This document shows positions 17,816 to 27,848 of a DNA stretch of 64,000 bases, piece by piece. Every line of letters starts with the position of its first letter. Within the stretch, counting starts at the first letter, position 1. Below the pieces are notes generated by a model. The model saw nothing but the letters and a program-made list of their open reading frames with translations. It was not told the origin of the DNA and did not search any database. Made by a program: the position numbers and the translations under genes. The stretch comes from a bacterium. Lineage in GTDB: Bacteria > Vulcanimicrobiota > Xenobia > Xenobiales > Xenobiaceae. The stretch is from positions 3,983 to 67,982 of the forward strand of contig JAUNIO010000001.1 of NCBI GenBank assembly GCA_030535355.1. The letters run 5' to 3'.

Positions 17816-19465
17816 CTAATTGAGCATGGGAATCTGTACCCCCCGGTCTTTAGCGACTTGGATAGCTTTGTCATAGCCAGCGTCAGCATGGCGCATCACG
17901 CCCAATCCCGGATCTGTAGTCAGCACGCACTGCAGTCTCTCTGCCGCATCAGCTGTGCCATCGGCGACTATTACCATACCCGCATGCAAAGAGTAGCCTA
18001 TGCCCACGCCTCCCCCATGGTGGAAGGACACCCAGGTAGCTCCTGAAGCGGTGTTCGCTAAAGCGTTGAGGATAGGCCAATCGCCAATAGCATCGGAACC
18101 GTCGCGCATGGCTTCGGTTTCGCGATTAGGCGAAGCTACCGATCCAGAATCCAAATGATCGCGGCCAATAACGATAGGGGCGCTGATTTCGCCCTTAGCC
18201 ACCAATTCGTTGAAGACCAGCCCCAGTTTAGCGCGTTCTCCGTAGCCCAGCCAACAAATGCGGGCAGGCAAGCCCTGATAGCGCACCTTTTCACCAGCGT
18301 ATTTAATCCATTTGGCCAGCTGTTTATCCTCTGGAAAAGTCTCCAAAACGGCGCGATCTGTACGGGCAATATCGGCAGGATCGCCACTTAAAGCGGCCCA
18401 GCGGAACGGGCCTTTGCCTTCGCAGAACAGAGGCCGGATATAAGCCGGCACAAAACCGGGAAAATCAAAGGCATTTTCCACACCTACTGATTTAGCCTGA
18501 GCCCGAATGTTATTGCCATAATCAAAGACAACAGAACCGCGTTTTTGGAATTCCAGCATACTGCGCACATGAGAAGCCGCAGTTGCATAAGCCAGCTTTT
18601 GGTATTTGTCCGGATCGGCGCGGCGCAGTTCTAAAGCTTCGGCATAGCTCATACCTGCTGGGACATAGCCGTTGAGCATATCGTGAGCGCTGGTTTGGTC
18701 GGTCACCACATCGGGGACGATACCGCGCTTTAATAATTCGGCATGAACGTCAGCAGCATTGGCCACGACGCCTACCGACAAAGGCTTCTTAGCCCGCAGA
18801 GCTTCCTGAGCCCAGCGAATAGCTTCGTCTATATCCTCAGTTAGACGATCGCAGTATTCCGTATCTACGCGGCGTTTAGCCCGTTCGTAAGAGACTTCTG
18901 CGCAAAGCGCCACACCATCATTGAGCGTAACCGCTAAAGGCTGGGCACCTCCCATGCCTCCCAAGCCCGCTGTCAGCACCAGACGCCCCTGGAGGGTACC
19001 TCCGAAATTCTGCCGCGCCACTTCGGCCAAGGTCTCGTACGTGCCCTGCAAAATACCCTGCGCACCGATATAAATCCAGGAACCAGCAGTCATCTGTCCA
19101 TACATAGTCAGCCCCTGCCGCTCCAGCTCGCGAAACTTCTCCCATGTTGCCCAGCGGGGAACCAAATTAGAGTTAGCTATGAGCACACGGGGAGCGCGGG
19201 AATGCGTGCGGATCACCCCCACAGGCTTACCCGACTGCACCAACAGAGTTTCATCGTTGCCCAGCTTTTGCAGGCTAGCCACAATGGCATCAAAACATTC
19301 CCAGCTGCGGGCCGCCCGTCCCGTTCCGCCGTAAACGACAAGCTCGTCGGGGTTCTCAGCCACTTCGGGATCGAGGTTGTTCATCAGCATTCGCAAAGCC
19401 GCTTCCTGCTGCCAGCTTTGGCAGGAGATTTCACTGCCGCGGGGCGCACGTACAATTCTAGACAT
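17816..19465 (-). CDS. hutU: Urocanate hydratase
   Basis: 549 aa. The N-terminus RAPRG...[28 protein letters not shown] and the overall length match urocanase. ATG with AGGGAGG upstream. Confidence 0.9.
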   Translation of the reverse strand: MSRIVRAPRGSEISCQSWQQEAALRMLMNNLDPEVAENPDELVVYGGTGRAARSWECFDAIVASLQKLGNDETLLVQSGKPVGVIRTHSRAPRVLIANSNLVPRWATWEKFRELERQGLTMYGQMTAGSWIYIGAQGILQGTYETLAEVARQNFGGTLQGRLVLTAGLGGMGGAQPLAVTLNDGVALCAEVSYERAKRRVDTEYCDRLTEDIDEAIRWAQEALRAKKPLSVGVVANAADVHAELLKRGIVPDVVTDQTSAHDMLNGYVPAGMSYAEALELRRADPDKYQKLAYATAASHVRSMLEFQKRGSVVFDYGNNIRAQAKSVGVENAFDFPGFVPAYIRPLFCEGKGPFRWAALSGDPADIARTDRAVLETFPEDKQLAKWIKYAGEKVRYQGLPARICWLGYGERAKLGLVFNELVAKGEISAPIVIGRDHLDSGSVASPNRETEAMRDGSDAIGDWPILNALANTASGATWVSFHHGGGVGIGYSLHAGMVIVADGTADAAERLQCVLTTDPGLGVMRHADAGYDKAIQVAKDRGVQIPMLN

Positions 19466-19493
19466 ATTGACCTCCCTGTAGTTTCCGAAATAA

Positions 19494-20579
19494 TTAGCAA
19501 GAACGGCGCGAGGACAGATAATTCAGTATGCCCAGCGCCGCACAATTAGTTATAAGCGCCGTCCCTCCAAAACTGACAAACGGCAGGGGACTTCCCACCA
19601 CGGGCAGCACTCCCGTAGTCATGCCTATGTTCACCATCGCATGAACGGCCCAAAAAACGCCGATACCCGCTGCTACCATACAGGCATAGGTGCTCTTGGC
19701 CGCACAGGCGACCTGAAAGGCCCTTCCTACCAAAAACGCCAAAAGCAGGATAACACAGATACAGCCCACCAATCCCAATTCTTCCCCGATGATGGTAAAG
19801 ATAAAATCGGTGTGGTGTTCGGGCACAAACTTAAGGCGGTTTTGCGTACCCATAAACAGGCCTTTACCCCAGATGCCTCCCGAACCGATAGCAATTTTAG
19901 CCTGAACTATGTTCCAGCCGCTGCCCACCAAATCTTCCTCGGGATGCAGAAACGTCATTATGCGCTGTTTTTGGTAATCGTGGAGTATAAAGGGAATAAC
20001 AGCCCCACCGGCACCCACACAGCTAAAGACCCACCACAAAGGCACATTGCCCAGAGCTATAATGGAGATACCGACGATAGCTGTCACCAGTGCCGTTCCC
20101 AAATCGGGCTGCTTTAGAACCATAACCATAGGGATACCCACCAAAATCATGGCAAAGACAAACTTGCGCACTAGAGGGGGCCGCTGGCCGTAAACGCCAT
20201 CATTGGACCCTGCCATAAAACGGGCTATAACCAATAACAGCAGCAGCTTCGCTATTTCAGACGGCTGAAAATTTCCCAAGCTTCCTAGACTAACCCAGCG
20301 CTTCGCACCGTTAATCTCCGTCCCACACAGCAGCACCGATCCCAGCAAAACCAGCATAACCAAATAAAGAAACGCAGCATGGCGGGACCAAAACGAACTA
20401 TCGACTAGCGAACACGCAAAAAAAACCACAGCTCCCACCCCAGCCATCTGCAGCTGGCGGATAAACTCGGTGGAATTTTCATCCAAGGTAGCGCTATAAA
20501 TAGCGACGAGGCCAATACTGACCAACAAAACGGCACAGATTATCAGCACCCAATCAAATTTGGGCCAGCTATATTTCAC
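19494..20579 (-). CDS. SEDS-family (RodA/FtsW/SpoVE) peptidoglycan glycosyltransferase-like membrane protein
   Basis: 361 aa, ~10 TM segments. N-terminal '[13 protein letters not shown]' is typical of RodA/FtsW. GTG start with GAGGT 8 nt upstream. 28 nt separate it from hutU on the same strand. Confidence 0.7.
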   Translation of the reverse strand: MKYSWPKFDWVLIICAVLLVSIGLVAIYSATLDENSTEFIRQLQMAGVGAVVFFACSLVDSSFWSRHAAFLYLVMLVLLGSVLLCGTEINGAKRWVSLGSLGNFQPSEIAKLLLLLVIARFMAGSNDGVYGQRPPLVRKFVFAMILVGIPMVMVLKQPDLGTALVTAIVGISIIALGNVPLWWVFSCVGAGGAVIPFILHDYQKQRIMTFLHPEEDLVGSGWNIVQAKIAIGSGGIWGKGLFMGTQNRLKFVPEHHTDFIFTIIGEELGLVGCICVILLLAFLVGRAFQVACAAKSTYACMVAAGIGVFWAVHAMVNIGMTTGVLPVVGSPLPFVSFGGTALITNCAALGILNYLSSRRSC

Positions 20580-20756
20580 TTAGCATTACCTCAATATGTG
20601 TTTTTAGCAAAGTCAATTAAGGGTAGTTAGATAGTTAGCAGATTAGTTAAAGGCCAACTAAACGACATAAGCGTTTCTAGGAATAGGAAATATTCTACTT
20701 AAGCAGGAAATTTACTTTTTGGCGCTCAGCAGCGCACATCAACTAAGCAGGATAAC

Positions 20757-21857
20757 ATGACCCCGAGCAGCTTACTACATACAACCGGAGCTATCCCTTG
20801 CCAGCTTATTAAAAATTACATCCAGCAAGGCCTGATCAGCGCCGCCTCCCCTATCCCCGATCACAACATTCAGCCGGCTAGCCTCGATTTGCGTTTGGGC
20901 GAAAAGGCCTGGGCTGTTAAGGCTACTTTCCTGCCTAAGCCGGAAGAGACTATAGAAACAGCCCTGCAGCGCTATGCTACCTCAGCCCTTGACCTGAGCC
21001 AGCCCACAGTCTTTGACCTAAACCGCACCTATGTGGCAGAACTGGCGGAAAGCTTTCGCTTACCTCAGCATGTACACGCCTACACCAACAACAAAAGCAC
21101 CACGGGACGTACCAATGTCTGGGCGCGAACGCTGGTCGATCGCTATCCGCGTTTTGACAAAATACCCGAAGGCTATTGCGGCAAAGCCTATCTGATGATC
21201 ATTCCCCGTTCCTGGCCGATTATCGCGCAGTGCGGCCAAACGCTAACCCAAGCCCGCCTTTTGATAGGAAACAATGCCCTAAGCGATTATAATTTACAGC
21301 AGCTTCAGCAAGAAGTCGGCCTAGTTTACACCCCAGAAGGATATAAAGACAGACCGCACTTAGACGGCGGTTTGCTGCTATCGGTAGATTTATCACAGGA
21401 AGTTGTGGGCTATCGCGCTTTACCCTGCGATAAGCCCGTAGATTTGGCCAAAGTTCAGCCCAGCCGCGATTATTTCTGCCGCATCTCAGCGCAAAGAGGC
21501 GAACTGCTATTAGAACGCAACAATTTTTACATTCTTTCCACTAAGGAATACCTGCGCGTCCCTCCCCACTTAGCTGTGGAAATGGCAGCGTATGATATAC
21601 ATTCCGGCGAATACCGCTCCCACTATGCAGGCTTTTTCGACCCCGGTTTTGGCTACGGCGATCAGGGCCAGCTGCTGGGCACCCCTGCTGTTCTCGAAGT
21701 TGATACCCACGAAGACGTTATTTTTACAGACGGCCAGCCAATATGCAAAATGAGCTTTGAATATTTGGTGCAGCTGCCGGAGAAATTATACGGACAGCAG
21801 CTCAATTCCCATTACCAGCATCAGCGCGGCCCTCAGTTAGCCCGAATATTCAGCTAA
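20757..21857 (+). CDS. Long-form dCTP deaminase-like protein (DCD family, dUTPase superfamily)
   Basis: 366 aa. 'IQPASLDLRLGE' matches the dCTP deaminase motif (qPn.vDLrlg). The length fits the ~360 aa DCD family. Confidence 0.55.
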   Translation: MTPSSLLHTTGAIPCQLIKNYIQQGLISAASPIPDHNIQPASLDLRLGEKAWAVKATFLPKPEETIETALQRYATSALDLSQPTVFDLNRTYVAELAESFRLPQHVHAYTNNKSTTGRTNVWARTLVDRYPRFDKIPEGYCGKAYLMIIPRSWPIIAQCGQTLTQARLLIGNNALSDYNLQQLQQEVGLVYTPEGYKDRPHLDGGLLLSVDLSQEVVGYRALPCDKPVDLAKVQPSRDYFCRISAQRGELLLERNNFYILSTKEYLRVPPHLAVEMAAYDIHSGEYRSHYAGFFDPGFGYGDQGQLLGTPAVLEVDTHEDVIFTDGQPICKMSFEYLVQLPEKLYGQQLNSHYQHQRGPQLARIFS

Positions 21858-21884
21858 GTTAGCAATGTCTATCGCTTAGAAAGC

Positions 21885-21914
21885 TTAAAATAAAACAGCC
21901 CGCCACTGCGGGCT
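21885..21914. terminator. Bidirectional rho-independent terminator between convergent genes
   Basis: AAAACAGCCCGCcactGCGGGCTGCTTTATTTT has A-rich and T-rich flanks on both sides of the stem. Confidence 0.7.
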
Positions 21915-21966
21915 GCTTTATTTTACTGCTTTGCTTCAGCGAGCTGTTTAACTTAATTGCGCAGGT

Positions 21967-22545
21967 TTAATGCTTGCCGGAACGGCAGCGGCAATAGGCT
22001 AAATCCTGATCGATATAGTTAACAGCGGCATCGATAACTTCGACGTCATTGATCTGACCGTGACCGACGATCGCCGCAGCAAACAGAGCGGAATGATCGA
22101 CAGGCTCGCAGTTCTCAGCTTTTTGCTTCTCCACCATCTTTTTAATATCATCGTAGATGGCAGTAAGAATGTTCCTTTCAGCTTCGGGAGCGTTTTTCAG
22201 GGACATACCCAGCCTGTCGGCTGCCTCTTCCAGATTCTTTTCCAAGCGCTCTAAAGAACGGAACTTGCAATAAGCCAAATCCTGGTCGATATAATTGACG
22301 GCAGCTTCGATCATAGCCGCATCGTTGATTTGTCCATGTCCGACTATCGCGGCAGCAAAAAGCGCAGAAGCGTCGATCGCTTCACTATTTTCAGCTTTCT
22401 GCTTTTCGGCCATCTTTTTAATATCATCGTAGATGGCGGTCAGAATAACTTTCTCCTCTTCGGGAGCGTTTTTCAGGGACATACCCAGCTTTTCACCGGC
22501 GTCTTCTAAGTTCTTTTCCAGTTGCTCTAACGTAATCTCCGCCAC
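21967..22545 (-). CDS. Protein made of two tandem ~95 aa repeats (unknown family)
   Basis: ORF-track 21967..22560 begins at a TTG. GTG at 22545 has GAGGT 6 nt upstream. The two halves are ~80% identical (LEKNLE[DE]A[GA][ED][KR]LGMSLKNAPE.E[KR].ILTAIYDDIKKM.EKQKAEN.E..D.SALFAAAIVGHGQIND....I.AAVNYIDQDLAYC). The DNA halves, ~21990-22270 and ~22270-22550, are clearly repeated. Confidence 0.6.
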   Translation of the reverse strand: MAEITLEQLEKNLEDAGEKLGMSLKNAPEEEKVILTAIYDDIKKMAEKQKAENSEAIDASALFAAAIVGHGQINDAAMIEAAVNYIDQDLAYCKFRSLERLEKNLEEAADRLGMSLKNAPEAERNILTAIYDDIKKMVEKQKAENCEPVDHSALFAAAIVGHGQINDVEVIDAAVNYIDQDLAYCRCRSGKH

Positions 22546-22648
22546 GGCTTTACCTCGCAAAAGTTTATTGGGAAAGAAAAATTTCGCCTGTACTGTCAGC
22601 TTTCCTCCTACTGTCGCTGCGTTAAGGCATAAGAACGCGGCTCAGCTG

Positions 22649-23983
22649 TCAGCTTCGCTTGAATGTCCCCATCATCACTGCGGGATATTCCGCGCCTTTA
22701 ATATAGCTGAACGACATAAAGCGCAGGGTACCGTCAGGCAGAACTGTCACATAAAACTCGCGTTTAGGGCTGTCGTTAAGCAAAGCAGCGCACCAATTTG
22801 TGACACAGCCGTCATACATTGCATTGTCTTCAACTTTCACTTTGAGCCCGGAAAAATCATCGTGATTATCGCCTTGGTTATAGACATAGTGCGCATAGCC
22901 ATCGTTACCAATTTCCAAGGTAGAGTCTATGCCGGAAGCTTTGGCGTCCATCACATCGCCTTCAATTTCAAGCGAAACCAGGTGCCATTTTCCCAACAGT
23001 TCGGAAAAATGTTCGGAACGCAGCGGCACCGCCACTGATTTCCTAGCATTAGGGACAAACAGACGCTGAGCAGCAGTTTCAGCAAAAAGCTCGGGATGCG
23101 CAGCATATTCAATATCAACCGTCAAGAGCCCGTCAGCGTAACTGGCCACCTCATAAGGATTAAAATGAAATGCTATGCCGGTATTGGTCAGCGTCCAGTG
23201 CTCTTCTAAAATTCTGCCGTCTAGATCATTTTGAGCAGCTTTGGCAAAAAGGGAGTGAATGGTCTTCTCGTGATCGAACAGACTAGCATCTGGATATTGC
23301 TTAGGCAAAGCAGTGACTAAATAATTCTCCAGCGTTTTTAGGTCCCGCGCTACCTCAGCCAAAAAGAGCATCTTGCCGTTCTGAGGATCAATATTGTAGG
23401 AAACAATGCTATAATCACCATGAGTCCCGCCCAAATAAGTGTTAGCAAACTTTTGCAGGCTTACGGCCTGATCATCAGCGCGAATAACAGAATAGGCAGC
23501 TTCCATGTAGTTGCAGAAAAAATAATCAGGGGGAACTTCTTTTTTGGTTTGCTGATCAGCCCAAACCTCTGCCAAAGTCTGGCTCATTTTATCGTTTAGG
23601 CTGCCTGCTTCAGCGAGCGTCTTATTATTAATACCATCAATAACAGTTACCAGGCCGGGATACTGCTGAGCTGCCTCCCCACGCACCGTCAGCTCAGGCG
23701 CGGCGGCATAACAATACCAGTTGGCGCCATCGCGGGCGTTAAAAATTTTGTTAACGGCCTGGAAAGACTGAGGAGTGAGAATCTGCTTTTCGGGTCCCCG
23801 GGCAGCAGCCAAGGAAGTATCCTGACCTTGCTCATCCGCAGGAGAAGTCAGCGCCGCCGGGCTGGAGGCTGGCAAGTTTTCTGGCACAGGTTTCAGCGGT
23901 GACGTTGTAGCCCTCACTAAAGAACAGGCCGATAAAAACAGCAGCGAGCTGGCGCAAATACTCATAAACAAAGCTTTTTTCAT
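22649..23983 (-). CDS. Lipoprotein, unknown function
   Basis: ORF-track 22649..24055. I place the start at the internal ATG 23983 (MKKALFMSICASSLLFLSACS, signal peptide + lipobox) with GAGGTG 7 nt upstream. The longer ORF would overlap truA. Confidence 0.6.
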   Translation of the reverse strand: MKKALFMSICASSLLFLSACSLVRATTSPLKPVPENLPASSPAALTSPADEQGQDTSLAAARGPEKQILTPQSFQAVNKIFNARDGANWYCYAAAPELTVRGEAAQQYPGLVTVIDGINNKTLAEAGSLNDKMSQTLAEVWADQQTKKEVPPDYFFCNYMEAAYSVIRADDQAVSLQKFANTYLGGTHGDYSIVSYNIDPQNGKMLFLAEVARDLKTLENYLVTALPKQYPDASLFDHEKTIHSLFAKAAQNDLDGRILEEHWTLTNTGIAFHFNPYEVASYADGLLTVDIEYAAHPELFAETAAQRLFVPNARKSVAVPLRSEHFSELLGKWHLVSLEIEGDVMDAKASGIDSTLEIGNDGYAHYVYNQGDNHDDFSGLKVKVEDNAMYDGCVTNWCAALLNDSPKREFYVTVLPDGTLRFMSFSYIKGAEYPAVMMGTFKRS

Positions 23984-24035
23984 AGAATTCACCTCTGCAG
24001 ACTGTACCAGGCGGCACAATGTTAAGCAAAAAAAA

Positions 24036-24887
24036 TCAAGGATACACTGGCCCATCCCCCCACAAGTCCTGGGGATAATCGACCTTTACGAAATACAGGC
24101 CGTCGGACGGCATAGGCCGTGGGCACAGTCCCGTCTGATGCGCTTCGCGCACGCGCAGAGGCTCATCCTCCGCCCATTCTCCCGTGCCGACGCTGACCAG
24201 AGCTGCGGCCAGCAAGCGCACCATGCGGTGCAAAAAACCGTTAGCCCTGGCGGTAATGACCACCAGCTCGCGGCAATGCTGCAGGCAGCTGGGAAGCTCA
24301 GTTAGCTCATTGCCTAAATAGCGCTTATCTACGCGCAATTCCTGCAAATCGCGGACAGTGCTCATGCCCTTTTCTATCTGAGCTCCATAAGAAATAAAAT
24401 CGGTATGCCCGATCAGAGTCTGGGCCGCTCTGTTCATGCGCCCGATGTCGATATTATCAGGAACGCTGGGAAAGCGCAGGCGGAAAATAGGCTCGCGCCT
24501 GCGGCACAAAGGCTCAAAGCGTTTTTCTAAGCGCATCACATACTCATAAGTGCGCGTTAAAGCGGAAAAGCGGGCGTGAAAACGCTCAGGCGCTTCCGCG
24601 CACTGCAAGACCTTTATATCCTGGGGCAAAAGCATATTGGTAGCCCGATATATAGTGGGCAGCTCCCGGCGGCAGGAAGATTTAAAAGAGATGACCTGCC
24701 CTAAGGCGTGCACTCCGGCATCGGTCCGCCCAGCGCAGCTAATGTGGATCGGTTCAGCAAACAGCTTGCTCAGCACACTCTCAAGCTCGCCTTGGACCGT
24801 AACCACTTCCTGATTAGGCTGGGCTTGGAAACCGTTAAAGCGCGAGCCATCATAACAGACCAGCAAACGATAAACAAATTTGCTCAA
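24036..24887 (-). CDS. truA: tRNA pseudouridine(38-40) synthase
   Basis: 283 aa. 'LVCYDGSRFNGFQAQ' and the catalytic 'CAGRTDAGVHALGQV' are present. TTG start with GGGAGA 7 nt upstream. It overlaps the ecfT 3' end. Confidence 0.85.
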   Translation of the reverse strand: MSKFVYRLLVCYDGSRFNGFQAQPNQEVVTVQGELESVLSKLFAEPIHISCAGRTDAGVHALGQVISFKSSCRRELPTIYRATNMLLPQDIKVLQCAEAPERFHARFSALTRTYEYVMRLEKRFEPLCRRREPIFRLRFPSVPDNIDIGRMNRAAQTLIGHTDFISYGAQIEKGMSTVRDLQELRVDKRYLGNELTELPSCLQHCRELVVITARANGFLHRMVRLLAAALVSVGTGEWAEDEPLRVREAHQTGLCPRPMPSDGLYFVKVDYPQDLWGDGPVYP

Positions 24888-25605
24888 AGTATTTATCTCC
24901 CCAAATAGAAGCGAATATACAGACTACACCAATTACAGCCGCAGCTAAATCGCGGGCATGAAATTTCAGCTCGTGCAGGCGGGTGCGCCCCTGCCCCCCC
25001 CGATAACAGCGGGACTCCATGGCCAAAGCTAAATCGTCAGCATAGCGAAACGCGCTGACGAATAGAGGCACCAAGACAGAAACCAGAGCTTTAAGGCGCA
25101 CATTTAACGGTCCGCGGTCCAAGCTGGCTCCCCGGGCCAGCTGAGTTTTCATGATGGTGTCGGCTTCCTGAGCTAAAGTCGGCACAAAGCGCAGGGCAAT
25201 GGTGGCTACCAAAGCCAATTCATAGGCGGGAATTCCCACAATTTTTAGAGGGGACAGCAGTTTTTCAATAGCATCGGTCAGCAGAATCGGCGAGGTGGTC
25301 AGGCTGAGCAGCGAAGTCAGCAAGACTAAAATAAAAAAACGCAGCGCCATAGCCACACCGCGGTGCAGCCCTTCCCAAGTAACATCAGCTGGCCCTATCT
25401 GGAAGCACACCTGACCCGGAGTCAGCACAGCATTGAAGATAAAAGTAAACAGGGCTAAAATCCAAATCAGCCGCAGACCGCGCAGCAAATAACCTAAGGG
25501 AACACCGGCGGCCACCCCAAAGATCAGCAGCACAGTGCCAACACCGAGCAAAATCTCCCAGCGCTGCAGCAAAAAAAGGCAAAGCATAGCCGCAAACGCG
25601 ATCAA
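24850..25605 (-). CDS. ecfT: Energy-coupling-factor transporter transmembrane component EcfT (CbiQ family). The true N-terminus probably extends to ~25689 via a non-canonical start codon
   Basis: The ORF-track ORF starts at TTG 25605. The same frame stays open 28 codons further upstream and encodes the conserved EcfT N-terminus (..LGQYIPGHSFLHRLDPRTKLL). That extension contains no ATG/GTG/TTG; an ATC at ~25689 has GAGGT 6 nt upstream. Confidence 0.75.
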   Translation of the reverse strand: MIAFAAMLCLFLLQRWEILLGVGTVLLIFGVAAGVPLGYLLRGLRLIWILALFTFIFNAVLTPGQVCFQIGPADVTWEGLHRGVAMALRFFILVLLTSLLSLTTSPILLTDAIEKLLSPLKIVGIPAYELALVATIALRFVPTLAQEADTIMKTQLARGASLDRGPLNVRLKALVSVLVPLFVSAFRYADDLALAMESRCYRGGQGRTRLHELKFHARDLAAAVIGVVCIFASIWGDKYFEQICLSFAGLL

Positions 25606-25787
25606 TAACTTTGTACGCGGATCGAGACGGTGAAGGAAAGAATGGCCGGGAATGTATTGTCCCAGGGTTAAGTTGCGCAGGAAGTTGATAGCGTTACCTC
25701 AAGATAGATAATTGCCTGATTGACAAATCGCTGAATAAGCCAACGAAAAGTAATTATAACATAAAACGGCCACGGTACAAGCAAATA

Positions 25788-25827
25788 AGAAAAAAAGAAA
25801 AAGGCCGAACCCTTTGGGGCCCGGCCT
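25788..25827 (-). terminator. Terminator-like hairpin + T-tract downstream of the first RTX-repeat gene
   Basis: On the minus strand, AGGCCGGGCCCCaaagGGGTTCGGCCT is followed by TTTTTCTTTTTTT. Confidence 0.6.
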
Positions 25828-25880
25828 CTATGCAGGAGCTATAGTAACTTAGTAGCTAAATATGAAACTAATATTCACGT

Positions 25881-27524
25881 CTAGCCAAGAGCGCGATACC
25901 AAGGTCTACCTTCATTTAGTTTGTCAGTCAAATCTGTGGCTTCGCCAGTCTCAGAGTTGACAACCTGCATATTCTCCATGTTCTTGACGTTGATTACAGT
26001 GCCACCTTCGCCTTGCTGATAGATGACTTCACCCCATTCGTTGACGATGGTAACATTGTCGCCTTCTTTCAGATGAACAGTGCCTTTGTCATCGGTTGTG
26101 AAACCGAGATTACCGCCATCCATGGTAACGCGGTCGTTGCCTTCGCTTACCACATAGTGCAGCTCGTCAGCACCCGTTCCGCCCTTCATGGTGATATTGT
26201 CATCACCTTCTCCACCGTCAGCTACTAACAGATCTTGTCCAGTACCGCCTTTTACGGTGAAGGTATCATCACCGGCTCCGCCTTCCTGGAAGATAGCATC
26301 TTTACCCCAACCGCCTTTAGCGACCAAGGTATCATCTCCATCTCCACCCTTTTGCTCGATAACATCGTCGCCAGTGCCGCCCTTAGCGGTCAAAGTGTCA
26401 TTGCCTTCGTCACCACTTTGCTCGATGTGATCAGCGCCAAAGCCACCTTTAGCTATTTCGGTGTCATTGCCTTCACCGCCGCTCTGTTCAATATGATCGC
26501 TGCCTGTGCCGCCTTTGGCCTCGAGCTTATCATTGCCCTCTTCACCATACTGTTTAATATGGTCATTGCCGCTATTGCCTTTAGCGACCAGCTCATCATC
26601 GCCAGCTTCACCATGCTGTTCGATGGTATCATTGCCAGAACCGCCTTTAGCCTCGATCTCATCGTCGCCAGCACCACCGTGCTGTTCAATAGTATCGTTG
26701 CCGCCTTTTCCTTTGGCTTTCATTTTATCGTCGCCATCGGTTCCAACTTGATAAATACTATCATCATCAGAGGTGCCTACAGATTCTATCACAGCACCAG
26801 GTACGGACGCTCCACCCGCAGCCGCAGGATTACCAGCGATAGGACCGTTGCCAAGATAGAACTCGATAACATCAGCGGGAGCACCCATAGCTTCATACAT
26901 GCCCTTCAGCTGGGTGTACATACCCTCTGTGTAGCCCTTGCCGCCAGCACCCACGGGCGTGAAGAGTCCCATATACTCTTCATAACTGCTGGTCCCGGTT
27001 GCAGCCATAGCCGAAGCGTTCTGCGCAGCCACATACTCTTCGGGAGACATCTCAGCATTGACGCCGGCAGCAGCAGTCTCATTAGCGGTACCACCGAACA
27101 TGGCGTTCATTTCTCTTGTGGCTAATTCAGCATATTGGGCGTTCATGGCGTTGATCTCGTTCTTCTCGCCAACCGCACCGCCGATGCTGCTACCAGCACT
27201 ACCGCCGATCAAACCACCAATAACAGCACCAACAGCAGTACCCAAACCGGGTATAATGGAGCCTATAATCGCGCCAACTGCGGCACCGCCGAGCGCACCA
27301 GTTGCGCCACCGGCGACTTTACCGTGGCTGCCATTGTCGAACCAGCTCAGGAAGGTCTCCTTGAGGCCTTCGGGCTTCTGAGCGGCAGTCTGCATGCCCT
27401 GAGTCATGCCAGACTGGTCGTATATCGTCCCGCTACTGCTGTAATAAGGTTTGCTGTTAGCAACTGTATTCTGATAATCGGTCATCTGCATCTGCATAAC
27501 TGAATATGCTGTTGACATTGCCAT
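25881..27524 (-). CDS. Glycine-zipper / RTX beta-roll repeat protein, paralog 1
   Basis: ORF-track 25881..27629. Start refined to ATG 27524 (MAMSTAYS..) with AGGAGG 9 nt upstream. The N-terminal ~50 aa are conserved with paralog 2. A hydrophobic Gly-zipper follows (AGGATGALGGAAVGAIIGSIIPGLGTAVGAVIGGLIGGSAGSSIGG); there is no signal peptide. Next comes a low-complexity linker, then ~14 nonapeptide RTX repeats (KGGTGDDVIEQ/KGGDGDDTLVA/KGGWGKDAIFQ.. = GGxGxDxUx). The C-terminal block (VIYQQGEGGTVINVKNMENMQVVNSETGE) is conserved. Confidence 0.75.
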   Translation of the reverse strand: MAMSTAYSVMQMQMTDYQNTVANSKPYYSSSGTIYDQSGMTQGMQTAAQKPEGLKETFLSWFDNGSHGKVAGGATGALGGAAVGAIIGSIIPGLGTAVGAVIGGLIGGSAGSSIGGAVGEKNEINAMNAQYAELATREMNAMFGGTANETAAAGVNAEMSPEEYVAAQNASAMAATGTSSYEEYMGLFTPVGAGGKGYTEGMYTQLKGMYEAMGAPADVIEFYLGNGPIAGNPAAAGGASVPGAVIESVGTSDDDSIYQVGTDGDDKMKAKGKGGNDTIEQHGGAGDDEIEAKGGSGNDTIEQHGEAGDDELVAKGNSGNDHIKQYGEEGNDKLEAKGGTGSDHIEQSGGEGNDTEIAKGGFGADHIEQSGDEGNDTLTAKGGTGDDVIEQKGGDGDDTLVAKGGWGKDAIFQEGGAGDDTFTVKGGTGQDLLVADGGEGDDNITMKGGTGADELHYVVSEGNDRVTMDGGNLGFTTDDKGTVHLKEGDNVTIVNEWGEVIYQQGEGGTVINVKNMENMQVVNSETGEATDLTDKLNEGRPWYRALG

Positions 27525-27798
27525 AGTAGTATACCTCCTGCATACGGTCATGAGACCTATATTACTTATCTTTATTTTCACTTCAAAAGTGCAAAAGTTA
27601 ATAGGATGCAACAAAAAACATAGAGACAATTATGTAAAAATATTTTTAATTTGTTTATGCAAATTGTTACAATAAATAAAAAGCCAAACATTATATTATG
27701 CTCGGCTTTTTATTTACCTTTTCAGCTTGCTAGCGTGACGCTCTCAAGCAGCGCTTCACCAGCAAAGCCAATGCGCCAAAGTTAAAGCAAATTCATCA

Positions 27799-27842
27799 TT
27801 TGACGGTAAGCGTCAATACTGCGTTTGATGCTTACCGTCAAA
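27799..27842. repeat. Perfect 13-bp inverted repeat (TTTGACGGTAAGC ... GCTTACCGTCAAA, 18 nt loop) immediately 3' of the second RTX-repeat gene
   Basis: Read directly. The gene stop at 27849 is 7 nt away. No T-tract follows on the minus strand. Confidence 0.7.
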
Positions 27843-27848
27843 TATCAA

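Noticed and set aside
22433-23038. Plus-strand ORF 22433..23038 (201 aa)
   Set aside because: It is antisense to two well-supported minus-strand genes (the duplicated-domain protein and the lipoprotein). No RBS, and odd composition.
24036-24055. ORF-track N-terminus of the lipoprotein (MGQCILDFFCLTLCRLVQSAEVNS) overlapping truA
   Set aside because: The internal Met at 23983 gives a canonical signal peptide and lipobox with a good SD. The extension would overlap the truA stop and has no RBS.
27525-27848. Promoter call for RTX paralog 1
   Set aside because: Several AT-rich hexamers are present, but none has convincing -35/-10 spacing. It is left unannotated.
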